Source: Methanomassiliicoccaceae archaeon UBA370 (lineage in GTDB: Archaea > Thermoplasmatota > Thermoplasmata > Methanomassiliicoccales > Methanomethylophilaceae). Taken from it: a stretch of 64,000 nt of DNA. This document shows, piece by piece, positions 63,445-64,000 of the stretch. Location: NCBI GenBank assembly GCA_002505345.1, contig DAUY01000016.1:50374-114373 (forward strand). The letters run 5' to 3'. Each line of letters starts with the position of its first letter. Within the stretch, counting starts at the first letter, position 1. The notes under the pieces are model-generated. The model saw only the letters and a program-made list of their open reading frames with translations. It searched no databases and had not been told where the DNA came from. Both the position numbers and the translations under genes were made by a program.

Positions 63445-64000
63445 ATGCCCGAGATGGGAAAAGCAGACACCCATGTGCACACGGAATATTCCGGAGTGGC
63501 CAGATTGGGGATCATGAAATTTCCCGAATCCGTTTCGACCCCTGCAGACCAGGTCGAACGTGCCAGACGGAACGGTATGGACGTCCTATGCATCACCGAC
63601 CACGACGAGACGGTTGGAGCTTTCAAGGCGCAGGAGTACGCGAAGAAGTACGATGACATAGAGGTGGTGGTCGGAGAGGAGGTCACTACTGCCGACGGCG
63701 AGATAATAGGGCTTTTCCTCAACGAGAAGATACCTGACAATCTGTCTGTCGAAGAGACCGTCGACATCATAAGGTCTCAGGGAGGGCTCACGATCGCACC
63801 CCACCCCTTCAGCTTCCATGTGGCAGGACTTCAGGAAAGGATATTCTCCCTGGACCTGGACGGCTTCGAGGTGCTCAACGGCGGGCATGTGGACTCCTAT
63901 TCCAACGCTTTCGCCGGTGCGGTGATGGACAAATATCCCGGCAGATGGGCCCCCATCTCGGGAAGCGACGGACATTCGGTGCACACGGTCGGATACAACT
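63445..64000 (+). CDS. PHP domain phosphoesterase, partial (3' end beyond window end)
   Basis: Not in the track because there is no stop in the window. The ATG at 63445 gives MPEMGKADTHVHTEYS...VLCITDHDE...GSDGHS. The frame stays open to 64000. An in-frame ATG at 63424 is possible. A TATA-like TCTTATAT lies at 63414-63421. Confidence 0.8.
   Translation, partial: MPEMGKADTHVHTEYSGVARLGIMKFPESVSTPADQVERARRNGMDVLCITDHDETVGAFKAQEYAKKYDDIEVVVGEEVTTADGEIIGLFLNEKIPDNLSVEETVDIIRSQGGLTIAPHPFSFHVAGLQERIFSLDLDGFEVLNGGHVDSYSNAFAGAVMDKYPGRWAPISGSDGHSVHTVGYN

Noticed and set aside
53336-64000. Two PHP-domain phosphoesterase genes (53336-53992 and 63445-64000) as a possible linked system.
   Set aside because: They are about 10 kb apart, in different operon contexts and clearly diverged. 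They are common stand-alone housekeeping-type paralogs.
1-64000. A search by eye for CRISPR arrays, transposases, integrases, tRNA-flanking direct repeats, rRNA genes, C/D-box sRNAs and toxin-antitoxin-like small gene pairs.
   Set aside because: I found no spaced identical repeats. There is no integrase or transposase motif next to either tRNA. No RUGAUGA...CUGA pair with proper spacing occurs in the spacers. Coding density leaves almost no unassigned sequence beyond the spacers discussed above.

Overview
Gene-dense, GC-rich archaeal chromosomal segment. I call about 66 protein-coding genes, 2 tRNAs and 1 decayed gene. I recognised no rRNA, CRISPR array, transposase or integrase. Archaeal housekeeping markers are present: TBP, proteasome beta, aCPSF1/FttA, SRP54, ABCE1, TrmY, PheRS-beta, MetRS and class II RNR. 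They sit beside a methanol:corrinoid methyltransferase module (mtaCB plus ramA), so the source is probably a methyl-reducing methanogen of the Methanomassiliicoccales/Thermoplasmatota type; this is inference from gene content only. Three genes are missed by the ORF track: the two that run off the window ends (U32 peptidase at 1-1225, PHP protein at 63445-64000) and a 56-aa ORF at 25154-25324, which is below the shortest ORF the track lists (60 aa). Main points worth a second look: (1) a six-gene Hyf/Ech-like membrane complex (27085-34335) whose large subunit has lost all four [NiFe] cysteine ligands, so it is Ehr-type rather than a hydrogenase; (2) a COG0523 metallochaperone GTPase split from a partner ORF with an extremely His-rich tail, lying between mtaCB and ramA; (3) a translationally coupled operon holding a PPAT-NTPase fusion and a truncated ETF-like pair with no FAD domain; (4) no TAG stop codon on any called CDS; (5) a decayed aquaporin; (6) three tandem MATE genes, one with a CTG where its paralog has the start ATG; (7) an orphan three-gene pilin-like operon about 42 kb from a pilus-type ATPase/platform pair; (8) several small RNA-structure and repeat signals in the few long spacers. 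All family calls rest on motifs read by eye from the translations, and no database search was run.
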